Shown one piece after another: positions 51,975 to 60,609 of a stretch of DNA of 64,000 bases. A program made the position numbers and the translations under genes. How positions within the stretch are numbered: the stretch's first letter is position 1; each line of letters starts with the position of its first letter. The notes under the pieces were generated by a model. The model worked only from the letters and a program-made list of their open reading frames with translations. It was not told the DNA's origin and ran no database searches. Origin of the DNA: an uncultured Pelagibacteraceae bacterium (GTDB lineage: Bacteria > Pseudomonadota > Alphaproteobacteria > Pelagibacterales > Pelagibacteraceae); NCBI GenBank assembly GCA_902635545.1, contig CACPOL010000003.1, positions 7,979 to 71,978 on the forward strand, given 5' to 3'.

Positions 51975-52195
51975 TAAATAATAATCTTATAAATTCCTAT
52001 TAAGAACAATGGAATTTGTAATCCAAAGTTAGTAAGTATCGCTTTATCTTTGCTAACAAATCCAGCGATAGTCCATCCAACAACACCTAATCCGTGAAAG
52101 TATATATTTAAAGGATATATATTTAGGTTTGTTAATAGAATACCAACTAAAACTAGAAATGTGCTTATCCATTTAAGATATTTCTTAATAAACAT
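51974..52195 (-). CDS. Small membrane protein of unknown function (about 3 TM)
   Basis: 73 aa hydrophobic ORF (KW...YPLN...GW...D). GAAAGGA SD; stop overlaps the arsC GTG start. Confidence 0.75.
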   Translation of the reverse strand: MFIKKYLKWISTFLVLVGILLTNLNIYPLNIYFHGLGVVGWTIAGFVSKDKAILTNFGLQIPLFLIGIYKIII

Positions 52196-52239
52196 ACGTT
52201 TTCCTTTCAGCTTGTTTTATTTAGATTTTAGATAATAAC

Positions 52240-52623
52240 TTATCTACATTTTTTACATAATCCAAAAAACTCAAGATTGTATTTGCTATATTTCATACCA
52301 TCTTTGTCTTTGAAATTAGTTAAGTATTTAGAAAGACTCGCACTGCTAATTTCTGTTACTTTTTCACAGATCTCACATATTGAAAATGCAGTAGCTTTTG
52401 ATACCTGACAGCTTGAATTTTGACAGGCTATAAAGGCATTTCTGCTTTCAATTTTATGAATTTTTCCTATTTCAACTAACTTATCTAATGCTCGATATAC
52501 TTGTAATGGAGCTTTAATACCTTTTTTTTGAACATTAAAAAGTATTGCATAAGCTTTCATTGGTTCCGGTGATTTATCAATTAAATCAAAAATTATTTGC
52601 TGATTTTTTGAAAGAGTTTGCAT
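52240..52623 (-). CDS. zur: Zinc uptake regulator (Fur family)
   Basis: KAY, PLQVYRALDKL, HKIES and two CxxC motifs; downstream of znuCB. Confidence 0.92.
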   Translation of the reverse strand: MQTLSKNQQIIFDLIDKSPEPMKAYAILFNVQKKGIKAPLQVYRALDKLVEIGKIHKIESRNAFIACQNSSCQVSKATAFSICEICEKVTEISSASLSKYLTNFKDKDGMKYSKYNLEFFGLCKKCR

Positions 52624-52647
52624 ATTGTTTATTCTACTGATTCCTCA

Positions 52648-53451
52648 TTAATTTTTCAATTTAATCGATTGTTTTATATTTAATAATGACAAGATAAATA
52701 AGAATAAAGAAGCTGCTATAATTGATGGTCCAGAAGCAGTATTAAATTCTAATGAAGAAAATAATCCTAAAATCACAGATAATAATCCACCAATGATTGA
52801 ATAGATTACCATTTTCTGAGGACTTGATGAAATATTTCTAGCCATTGCAGCAGGTATAATTAACATTCCTGTAATTAATAATAAGCCAACCATTTTAATT
52901 GATATAGCAATAATTGCGGCCATTAAAATTGTAAATATAGCTTTTGCTCGGTCAGGATTTAACCCTTCTGCTTCAGCTAATTCATAATTAACAGTTGATG
53001 CAAATAAAGATTTCCAAATTAATTTCAAAACTAAGAGGATTAATGCACCTCCAATCCATATAATTAAAAGATCATCAACAGTAACAGCCAAAATATCTCC
53101 AAATAATAATCCCATAATATCAAATCTGATAAATGATAAAAAACCTATAACTACTAGTCCAACAGCTAACGATGAGTGAGCCAAAAGACCTAGTAAAGCA
53201 TCACCTGGTAGATTGGTTCTCTTTTGTAGTTGTATTAAAGTTAAAGCTATTAAAGATGAGATAATAAATACAGAAAATGCAATATTAAACTCCATTGAAT
53301 AAGCTAATGTCACTCCAAGTAAAGCAGAGTGGGCTAGAGTATCTCCAAAATAAGATAATCTTCTCCAAACAACAAAACATCCAAGAGGTCCAGTAACTAT
53401 TGCAACTCCAACACCTGCTATTAAAGCTCTTATAAAAAAATCATCTAACAT
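52648..53451 (-). CDS. znuB: Zinc ABC transporter permease
   Basis: GPLGCFVVWRRLSYFGDTLAHSALLG, LFGDIL and LIIPAA motifs. Confidence 0.96.
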   Translation of the reverse strand: MLDDFFIRALIAGVGVAIVTGPLGCFVVWRRLSYFGDTLAHSALLGVTLAYSMEFNIAFSVFIISSLIALTLIQLQKRTNLPGDALLGLLAHSSLAVGLVVIGFLSFIRFDIMGLLFGDILAVTVDDLLIIWIGGALILLVLKLIWKSLFASTVNYELAEAEGLNPDRAKAIFTILMAAIIAISIKMVGLLLITGMLIIPAAMARNISSSPQKMVIYSIIGGLLSVILGLFSSLEFNTASGPSIIAASLFLFILSLLNIKQSIKLKN

Positions 53452-54198
53452 TTAGTTTTTCTTTATTTCACCTTCGCTTGTATGAACATGATCGTGTCTA
53501 TGCTCATATCTTGATAATATTTGAGAAGCTTGCTCACCAAATAAAGCTTTATATTTGTTATTTTTTGCAACATCCATTGGAGAACCTGAGCAACATACAT
53601 GACCGTTTAAACAAACCACATGATCAGTTGCACTCATAACCGTATGTAAGTCGTGAGAAATTAATAAGATACCACAATTCAATTCATCTGAAATTTTCTT
53701 AATTAATTCGTATAATGCAATCTCACCAGTAAAATCTACTCCTTGCACTGGTTCATCTAGTACCAATAATTCTGGTTTTTTTGAAATAGCTCTTGCAAGT
53801 AATACTCTTTGAAATTCTCCACCTGATAAGTCACCTAAATTTTTATCTTTAAGATGAATGACACCAGTTAAAGACAAAGCTTCATCTATTGATTCTTTAT
53901 CAAGACTTTCAGTTAATACCATGAAATCATTTACTCTTAGTGGCAGTGTCCAATCAATTGAAATTTTCTGTGGAACATACCCAACTTTATTTGTGTATTT
54001 TTCAACTGAACCATCAATCTTTTTGTAAATACCTAAAGCAATTTTAGCTGTTGTACTTTTTCCTGATCCATTTGGACCAATGAGAGTAACTATTCTACCT
54101 TTTTCAACTTGAAGTGTTACTCCTTTAACAAGCCATTTATTATTTAAACTAAAACCAGCTTTATTTAGCTTCACGAGTATATTTTGATCTGAGCCCAT
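53452..54198 (-). CDS. znuC: Zinc ABC transporter ATPase
   Basis: GPNGSGKST, LSGGEFQR, DEPVQGVD, CLNGHVCCSG and a His-rich tail. Confidence 0.96.
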   Translation of the reverse strand: MGSDQNILVKLNKAGFSLNNKWLVKGVTLQVEKGRIVTLIGPNGSGKSTTAKIALGIYKKIDGSVEKYTNKVGYVPQKISIDWTLPLRVNDFMVLTESLDKESIDEALSLTGVIHLKDKNLGDLSGGEFQRVLLARAISKKPELLVLDEPVQGVDFTGEIALYELIKKISDELNCGILLISHDLHTVMSATDHVVCLNGHVCCSGSPMDVAKNNKYKALFGEQASQILSRYEHRHDHVHTSEGEIKKN

Positions 54199-54218
54199 TT
54201 TATTCCTTGACTAATAAA

Positions 54219-54251
54219 TGTTATATTATTACATAGTGTTATATTATAACA
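54219..54251. promoter_or_regulatory. Tandem Zur boxes in the znuC/znuA divergent promoter
   Basis: TGTTATA-T-TATTACA (54219-54233) and the perfect TGTTATA-T-TATAACA (54237-54251) match the proteobacterial Zur core consensus. Confidence 0.9.
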
Positions 54252-54268
54252 ATATAAATATACAACAT

Positions 54269-55321
54269 ATGAAAAACATTAAAAAATTACCATTTATCTT
54301 ATCAATTCTATCATTCTTAACTATTTTTGTACCAGCAAATGCTGAAATTAAAGTAGTTACTTCAATTAAACCAATTCATTCATTGGCTAGTTATTTAATG
54401 GATGGTGTAGCAAAACCTGATTTAATAGTAGATGGCTATGCTTCTCCACACGGATTTGCTTTAAAACCATCTCATGCAAAAATGTTACAAAATGCAAATC
54501 TTATATTCTGGGTTGGTGAGGATTTGGAAAATTTTTTAGAAAAACCATTAAAATCTGTTGCGAAAAAAGCTGAAAAAATTGAGTTAATGGAAATCAAAGG
54601 TTTAACTAAACTTAAATTTAGAGAAAGAAATATTTTTGAAGAACATGATCATGGCCATAAAGAAGATGACCATGATGATCATGCTAAAAAAGAAGACGAT
54701 CATGACGACCACGATCACGACAAAAAAGAGAAAGAACATGGCCATGATGACCACGGACATGATGATGAGCATAAAGAAGATGGTCACGATGACCACGGTC
54801 ATGAAGGACACGCGCATGGTGAATATGATCCACATATTTGGTTGGATCCAATGAATGCAAAAGTGATTTTAAGTGAAATGGCAGAACACCTGATTGAGAA
54901 TGATCAAGAAAATGAAGTTAAATATAAAGCAAATTTAAAAAAAGCGCATAAAGATTTAGATAAACTTACTAAGAAAGTAAAATCTGAATTAAACAAGGAT
55001 TTCAAATCAATCGTTTTTCATGATGCCTATCAATACTTTGAAAAAAGATTTGGTATCAATATTCTTGGAGCATTTACAGTAAATACAGACGTTATGCCTG
55101 GTGCTGAACAATTAGCTGAAATAAGAGAAATAATTGAGCACGATAAAGTAAGCTGTATATTTTCAGAGCCACAGTTTAATCCTGATATTATTAAGGCTGT
55201 AGCAAAAGATACTAATGTTGCAACAGGGGTTATAGATCCATTAGGAGCAACTCTTAATCCAGGTAAAGATCTTTATTTTGATTTAATTGGCAACATGTCA
55301 AAATCTTTTAAAGGTTGTTAA
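54269..55321 (+). CDS. znuA: Zinc ABC transporter substrate-binding protein
   Basis: Signal peptide from ATG 54269; SIKP, SPH, His/Asp-rich loop, DPHIW, FHDAYQYFE and FSEPQF. Confidence 0.96.
   Translation: MKNIKKLPFILSILSFLTIFVPANAEIKVVTSIKPIHSLASYLMDGVAKPDLIVDGYASPHGFALKPSHAKMLQNANLIFWVGEDLENFLEKPLKSVAKKAEKIELMEIKGLTKLKFRERNIFEEHDHGHKEDDHDDHAKKEDDHDDHDHDKKEKEHGHDDHGHDDEHKEDGHDDHGHEGHAHGEYDPHIWLDPMNAKVILSEMAEHLIENDQENEVKYKANLKKAHKDLDKLTKKVKSELNKDFKSIVFHDAYQYFEKRFGINILGAFTVNTDVMPGAEQLAEIREIIEHDKVSCIFSEPQFNPDIIKAVAKDTNVATGVIDPLGATLNPGKDLYFDLIGNMSKSFKGC
54638..54820 (+). repeat. His/Asp/Glu-rich low-complexity loop in ZnuA
   Basis: Imperfect repeats such as KEDDHDDH and GHDDHGH; DNA made of GAY/CAY codon repeats. 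Confidence 0.85.
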
Positions 55322-55363
55322 ATAAAAATTGATCTTTAGTCATAAATAATATCTAATAATGGG

Positions 55364-56362
55364 ATGAGTACAGTTTCCCTTACATTAGATGAAATATTTG
55401 ATTTAGCTAAAAAAACCTTGTTAGCTAACGGATGTGATGATGAAACAGCATCTATTTTATCAGATTTAATTAGAAATGCTGAAAGAGATGGTTCATTATC
55501 TCATGGCTTATTTAGATTACCAGCATATGTAAGTGGTTTAAAAAGTGGAAAAATTAATGGTAAAGGAAAACCAGAAGTAAAAAAGATTTCAGCATCAGTA
55601 ATTAAAGTTCAAGGTAATAATTGTTTGGCTCCTGTTGTTTTAAACAAGGGTTTGCCAGAATTAGCAAAAGCTGCAAAAGAAAATGGTGTTGCAGTACTTG
55701 CAATAAATAATTCTCATCATATGGCTGCGATGTGGCCTGAGACAGAAAAATTAGCTGAAGAAGGTCTAGTTGCTTTTGCATGTACATCATACAAGCCTGC
55801 AGTAGCACCTGCAGGAGCAATTAAACCATTGTTTGGAACAAATCCAATTTCATTTGCATGGCCTCGACCAGGAAAAACTCCAGTGGTTTATGATATGGCG
55901 ACTGCATCAATGGCAATGGGTGAAGTTCAAGTTGCCAAAAGAGAAGGGCACAAAGTTCCACTTGGAACTGGTTTAACTAAAGATGGTAAAGAGACAACTG
56001 ATCCAGGAGCAATAGCAGATGGGGGTGTACTACTTCCTTTTGGTGGTTACAAAGGTTCAGCAATAGCGATGATGGTAGAGTTGATGGCTGGTGCATTAGT
56101 TGGTGATAATTTTAGTTTTGAAACAGCTGCAAAAGATAACAATGATGGTGGGCCACCAAGCGGAGGAGAATTTATTATTGCCATTTCACCAGATAAAACT
56201 TCAGGAACTAATTGGCAAAAACATGCTGATGAATTTTTTGATAAGATGAAATCATTTGATGGTGTAAGACTTCCAGGTGAGAGAAGACATAAAAATAGAT
56301 TAGACAAAGGTCCTCGAAATATTAACGAAGAGTTAGTAAATAAAATAAAATCTTTAAGCTAA
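55364..56362 (+). CDS. Ldh_2-family NAD(P)H oxidoreductase (DpkA-like imine reductase or sulfolactate/malate dehydrogenase family)
   Basis: SHGLFRL, SHHMAAMWPE, FGTNPI, DMAT, LPFGGYKGS and RLPG motifs. Confidence 0.85.
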   Translation: MSTVSLTLDEIFDLAKKTLLANGCDDETASILSDLIRNAERDGSLSHGLFRLPAYVSGLKSGKINGKGKPEVKKISASVIKVQGNNCLAPVVLNKGLPELAKAAKENGVAVLAINNSHHMAAMWPETEKLAEEGLVAFACTSYKPAVAPAGAIKPLFGTNPISFAWPRPGKTPVVYDMATASMAMGEVQVAKREGHKVPLGTGLTKDGKETTDPGAIADGGVLLPFGGYKGSAIAMMVELMAGALVGDNFSFETAAKDNNDGGPPSGGEFIIAISPDKTSGTNWQKHADEFFDKMKSFDGVRLPGERRHKNRLDKGPRNINEELVNKIKSLS

Positions 56363-57130
56363 ATTTATCTCAATAGGGGTGTGGTCGGAAGGTTTTTCAC
56401 GACCTCTTGGGTCTTTATTAATGTTTATACTTTTAACTTGATCAATTAAAGAATTTGAAACTAAGAAGTGATCAATTCTCATACCATTATTTTTTTGCCA
56501 AGCACCTCTCATGTAATCCCAAAAAGTATATCCTTCTTTAGTTTCATTAAAATGTCTATAAACATCATTAAACCCTAAATTAATCATCTCTCTTAACTTT
56601 TTTCTTATTTCTAATCTAAATAAAGCATCATCCTCAAAGCTTTTTGGATTATAAACATCCTCAGCAGCTGGAATGATATTAAAATCACCTGCAAGAATAA
56701 TATTGGGATTTTTTTTACTTAATGACTTTAATTGTTTAATTAAATCATCAAGCCATTTCTTCTTATAGTCATATTTTTCAGTATCAACAGGATTACCATT
56801 GGGCGTATAAATATTTATTAATTGAATAATCTTTTTCTTATATTCTAATTCAGCTGAAATTATTCTTGATTGTTTTAATTTATCTTTGATTAAATCTGTT
56901 TTAATATTTTTTAATTTTCCTTTAGAGACAATAGCAACACCATTATAACTTTTTTGACCAAATACATGACTTTCATAATCCATTGCTGAAAAATCATCGT
57001 ATGGAAAGTTTACATCCTCTGTTTTAATTTCCTGCATCATTACAATGTCTGGTTTATATTTTAAAAGATAGCTTTTAATATTTTCAATACGAGCTCGAAC
57101 AGAGTTTACATTCCAAGAGGAAATAATCAT
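56354..57130 (-). CDS. xth: Exodeoxyribonuclease III
   Basis: SWNVNS, QEIK, YNGVA, GDFN, RIDH and SDH motifs. Start at 57130 overlaps the erpA stop. Confidence 0.96.
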   Translation of the reverse strand: MIISSWNVNSVRARIENIKSYLLKYKPDIVMMQEIKTEDVNFPYDDFSAMDYESHVFGQKSYNGVAIVSKGKLKNIKTDLIKDKLKQSRIISAELEYKKKIIQLINIYTPNGNPVDTEKYDYKKKWLDDLIKQLKSLSKKNPNIILAGDFNIIPAAEDVYNPKSFEDDALFRLEIRKKLREMINLGFNDVYRHFNETKEGYTFWDYMRGAWQKNNGMRIDHFLVSNSLIDQVKSININKDPRGREKPSDHTPIEINLA

Positions 57131-57447
57131 TAAAGAGAGAAAGAAACACCACAACCACAAGAAGATTTAGTTTGTGGGTTCGTTATCTTAAATTGTTCAC
57201 CAATTAATTCTGAAACATAATCAATTTCTGAGCCTTTTAAGAGATCAGCAGAAGCTTTATCAATTAGTATATTTTCATAATTCAAATCATCTGTCGATTT
57301 TTCTTTATCAAAAGTAAATTCATACTGAAAGCCTGAACAACCCCCACCTTTAATAGCGATTCTAAAAAAAGACCCTTTGTCTTTTTTAGACAACAAAACA
57401 TCGATCTGTTTTAGTGCCTTTTCAGTAAATTTAATTTCTTTAATCAT
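57130..57447 (-). CDS. erpA: A-type Fe-S carrier (HesB/IscA/ErpA)
   Basis: GGGCSGFQY and CGCGVSF motifs; erpA-xth opposite dgt-argS is the usual alphaproteobacterial arrangement. Confidence 0.88.
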   Translation of the reverse strand: MIKEIKFTEKALKQIDVLLSKKDKGSFFRIAIKGGGCSGFQYEFTFDKEKSTDDLNYENILIDKASADLLKGSEIDYVSELIGEQFKITNPQTKSSCGCGVSFSL

Positions 57448-57497
57448 AATTGATCACTGGTATTACTAATATAATACTATAATTTTTATTTTAAAGG

Positions 57498-58616
57498 ATG
57501 AAAAAATACTCAAAGATAGGTCTATTTAAAAGCAAAGGAAGATTATTTAAGGAGTCTTTATCAAAATATAGATCACCGTTTCAAAGAGATAGAGATAGAA
57601 TTATTCACAGTGCTTCATTTAGAAGATTAAAACATAAAACACAGGTTTTTGTTAATACAGAAGGTGATCATTATCGTACAAGAATAACTCACTCAATGGA
57701 AGTTGCTCAAATAGCAAGATCAATAGCACGTTATCTTAATTTGAATGAAGATTTAGCCGAAACATTAAGTCTTGCTCATGATTTGGGCCATACACCTTTC
57801 GGCCATGCTGGTGAAGAGGCTTTGAATGAGTGTATGGAAGAATATGGCGGTTTTGATCACAACCTGCAAACATTACGAGTTGTAATGTTTTTAGAAAATA
57901 AATATTTAAAATTTAATGGACTTAATCTCTCAATTGAAACATTGGAGGGATTATTGAAGCACAATGGTCCAGTAGAAGATTTAGATCTAGTTGATAGTTT
58001 AATTGGTATTAAAAGTTTTAAAAATAAGATTAATTTTAATACTTATCCAGCATTAGAGGCTCAAATTTCTGCAATCTCTGATGATATAGCTTATAACAAT
58101 CACGATATTCAAGATGGAATAAATGCAAATTTATTTAGATTAGAGGAGTTAGTTGAAATAAATTTTTTTAAAGATATTTACAAAAAATATAAAAAAAAAA
58201 TTAATAAAGAAAATTTTAAAATTGCAACATACCAAATTATAAGAGATTCAATTGATCAAATGATAAAAGACTTGGTTAATAATACGAAAAAAAATTTAAA
58301 TTACTACAAAATTAAAACAGTTAAGGACATTAATAAAACAAATTATTTAATTGTAAATTTTTCAGATGAGGTTAGAAATTATGAAAATGAAATTAGATCT
58401 TTTTTAAGATTAAATATGTATAATAATAAAAAAGTTCTACAAAAAAATGATCAAGGGAAATTAATTATTAAGAGATTATTTAGCAAAATAGTAAAAAATC
58501 CAAAAAAATATCTATCAAAAAAATATTTTTTAAATGGAAAATTTAGATCAATTTCAGATTTTATATCGGGCATGACCGACAGATATGCAATAAATCTTTA
58601 TAATAAAATAAAATGA
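57498..58616 (+). CDS. dgt: Deoxyguanosinetriphosphate triphosphohydrolase
   Basis: FQRDRDRIIHS, FRRLKHKTQV, HDLGHTPFGHAGE and GMTD motifs. Confidence 0.96.
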   Translation: MKKYSKIGLFKSKGRLFKESLSKYRSPFQRDRDRIIHSASFRRLKHKTQVFVNTEGDHYRTRITHSMEVAQIARSIARYLNLNEDLAETLSLAHDLGHTPFGHAGEEALNECMEEYGGFDHNLQTLRVVMFLENKYLKFNGLNLSIETLEGLLKHNGPVEDLDLVDSLIGIKSFKNKINFNTYPALEAQISAISDDIAYNNHDIQDGINANLFRLEELVEINFFKDIYKKYKKKINKENFKIATYQIIRDSIDQMIKDLVNNTKKNLNYYKIKTVKDINKTNYLIVNFSDEVRNYENEIRSFLRLNMYNNKKVLQKNDQGKLIIKRLFSKIVKNPKKYLSKKYFLNGKFRSISDFISGMTDRYAINLYNKIK

Positions 58617-60346
58617 ATATATTTGATAAATATTTAGACCAAATAAAAGAAAATCTCATAAATCTATCGAAAGACGGTGAGATAATCTTACCAGATAAAT
58701 TAGATGGTATTAATACTGAAATACCACCAATTAATTTTAATTCTGATATTTCAACAAATGTAGCTATGGTTTTAGCTAAAACAAATAATAAAAGTCCATT
58801 GGAATTAGCTAAAACTTTAGTAAAAAAAATTAAAGAAAATGATAATTTAATAAAAGAGATATCAATAATTAAACCTGGTTTTATTAATATAAAGTTCAAA
58901 TCCAATTTTTGGACTATTTTTATTGAAGATCTAATAAAAAATTATGAAACATTTGGAATTAATACTAAAGAACAAAAAAAAAATTATTTAATTGAATTTG
59001 TTTCAGCCAACCCAACAGGTCCTTTACATGTTGGTCATTGTCGCGGTGCAATTTTAGGTGATGTTATTTCTAATGTTTTGTTATTTAACAAACATAAAGT
59101 TACTAAAGAGTATTATGTTAATGATTATGGTAATCAAATTATTAATTTCACAAAATCTGTTTACTTTAGAATAAGAGAAATAATCTACAAAGAAACTTTC
59201 CCAAAAACAGATGATGACTTATATCCTGGTGATTATCTGATTGATTTTGCTAAAAATATTATAAATTCAAATAAAATATCTGATTACAATAAATTTGAAA
59301 ATATTTCGGAGGAATTAACTATTTTATCAATTAACGAGGCTCTAAAATTGATTAAGAAAAATTTAGATAGTCTTGGTGTAAATCATGACAATTTTGTTAG
59401 TGAAAAAAATTTAGTAAAAAATAAAGAAGTAGAAAATGTAATAAAGTATCTCAAAAATAAAAAGATTGTTTATAAAGGAAAAATTAAAGCGCCAGCAGGA
59501 GAAGATTTAAAAAATTGGGTTCAGAGAGAACAATTATTATTCAAATCAACAGATTTTGGAGATGATAAAGATAGAGCATTACAAAAGTCTGATGGTTCTT
59601 GGACCTATTTTGCTAGCGACGTAGCTTATCACAAAAACAAATTAGATAGAAAATATGATTATCTAGTAAACATTTTAGGCGCAGATCATTCGGGCTATAT
59701 AAAAAGAATATCGTCATCTGTTGAAGCGTTATCCAACTCAAAAGAAAAAATAATTTGTAAAGTTAGTCAATTAGTAAAACTTATCAAAGACAACAAACCT
59801 TTTAAGATGTCTAAAAGAGAAGGAAACTACATAACTGTTGATGATTTAATTAATGAAGTTGGAAGAGACGCAACAAGATTTATTATGTTAAGCAGAAGTA
59901 GTGATGTTCAATTGGATTTTGATTTTGATAGAGTAATTGAAAAGTCAAAAGAAAACCCACTTTATTATGTTCAGTATTGCTATGTCAGAATTGCATCTGT
60001 TTTTAGACTAATAAATAAAAATATAAGTGAAAATATTAAAATTGAAAAATATGATTTTCAATATTCTGAAGATGAAATAAAAATTCTTAAAAAAATTGCT
60101 GAGTGGCCTAAATGTATTGAAGCATCAAATAAAAAACTTGAGCCTCACAGAATAGTAACTTACTTATATGATTTATCTTCACTTTTTCATTCATATTGGA
60201 ATCTGGGAAAAGATAATCAAGAAAAAAGATTTATAGATAATAAAAAAGAAATTAGTAATAAAAATTTAGTTTTTTTAAAAGCTATTTCAAATGTGATTAA
60301 AACAGGTATGGACATTGTTGGTGTATCCACGCCCGAAAAAATGTAA
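58613..60346 (+). CDS. argS: Arginine--tRNA ligase
   Basis: EFVSANPTGPLHVGH, GADH, KMSKR, YVQY and PEKM motifs. Confidence 0.98.
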   Translation: MNIFDKYLDQIKENLINLSKDGEIILPDKLDGINTEIPPINFNSDISTNVAMVLAKTNNKSPLELAKTLVKKIKENDNLIKEISIIKPGFINIKFKSNFWTIFIEDLIKNYETFGINTKEQKKNYLIEFVSANPTGPLHVGHCRGAILGDVISNVLLFNKHKVTKEYYVNDYGNQIINFTKSVYFRIREIIYKETFPKTDDDLYPGDYLIDFAKNIINSNKISDYNKFENISEELTILSINEALKLIKKNLDSLGVNHDNFVSEKNLVKNKEVENVIKYLKNKKIVYKGKIKAPAGEDLKNWVQREQLLFKSTDFGDDKDRALQKSDGSWTYFASDVAYHKNKLDRKYDYLVNILGADHSGYIKRISSSVEALSNSKEKIICKVSQLVKLIKDNKPFKMSKREGNYITVDDLINEVGRDATRFIMLSRSSDVQLDFDFDRVIEKSKENPLYYVQYCYVRIASVFRLINKNISENIKIEKYDFQYSEDEIKILKKIAEWPKCIEASNKKLEPHRIVTYLYDLSSLFHSYWNLGKDNQEKRFIDNKKEISNKNLVFLKAISNVIKTGMDIVGVSTPEKM

Positions 60347-60609
60347 TGCTTAAAGAAATAAAATATTTTATATTTGTATTTGTAATTATTTTATTTGTCT
60401 ATTTTACTCTTAAATTTTATTTTTCAGATACTAATAAACGAAACTCTTTTAGAGCATTAAATAATATTGATAAAAAATTATTAATAGATAAGGAAAATTT
60501 ACCAATTTTAGAAAATGATACAAAAGACATTATCAGATATGTTGAGCAATCTAATAATAAAAAAAAGAAAAAATATAATTTTTGGAAACTTTTAGAACAA
60601 AATGATTAA
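60346..60609 (+). CDS. Small single-pass membrane protein of unknown function
   Basis: 87 aa with N-terminal TM and LPILENDT...FW; overlaps both argS and nagZ. Confidence 0.75.
   Translation: MLKEIKYFIFVFVIILFVYFTLKFYFSDTNKRNSFRALNNIDKKLLIDKENLPILENDTKDIIRYVEQSNNKKKKKYNFWKLLEQND

Noticed and set aside
54602-54854. Met/Thr-rich and hydrophobic ORFs overlapping znuA
   Set aside because: They are frame-shifted and antisense readings of the CAT/GAT repeats in the His-rich loop.
57498-58616. dGTPase as an anti-phage defence gene
   Set aside because: It sits in the conserved erpA/dgt-argS housekeeping context rather than a defence island.
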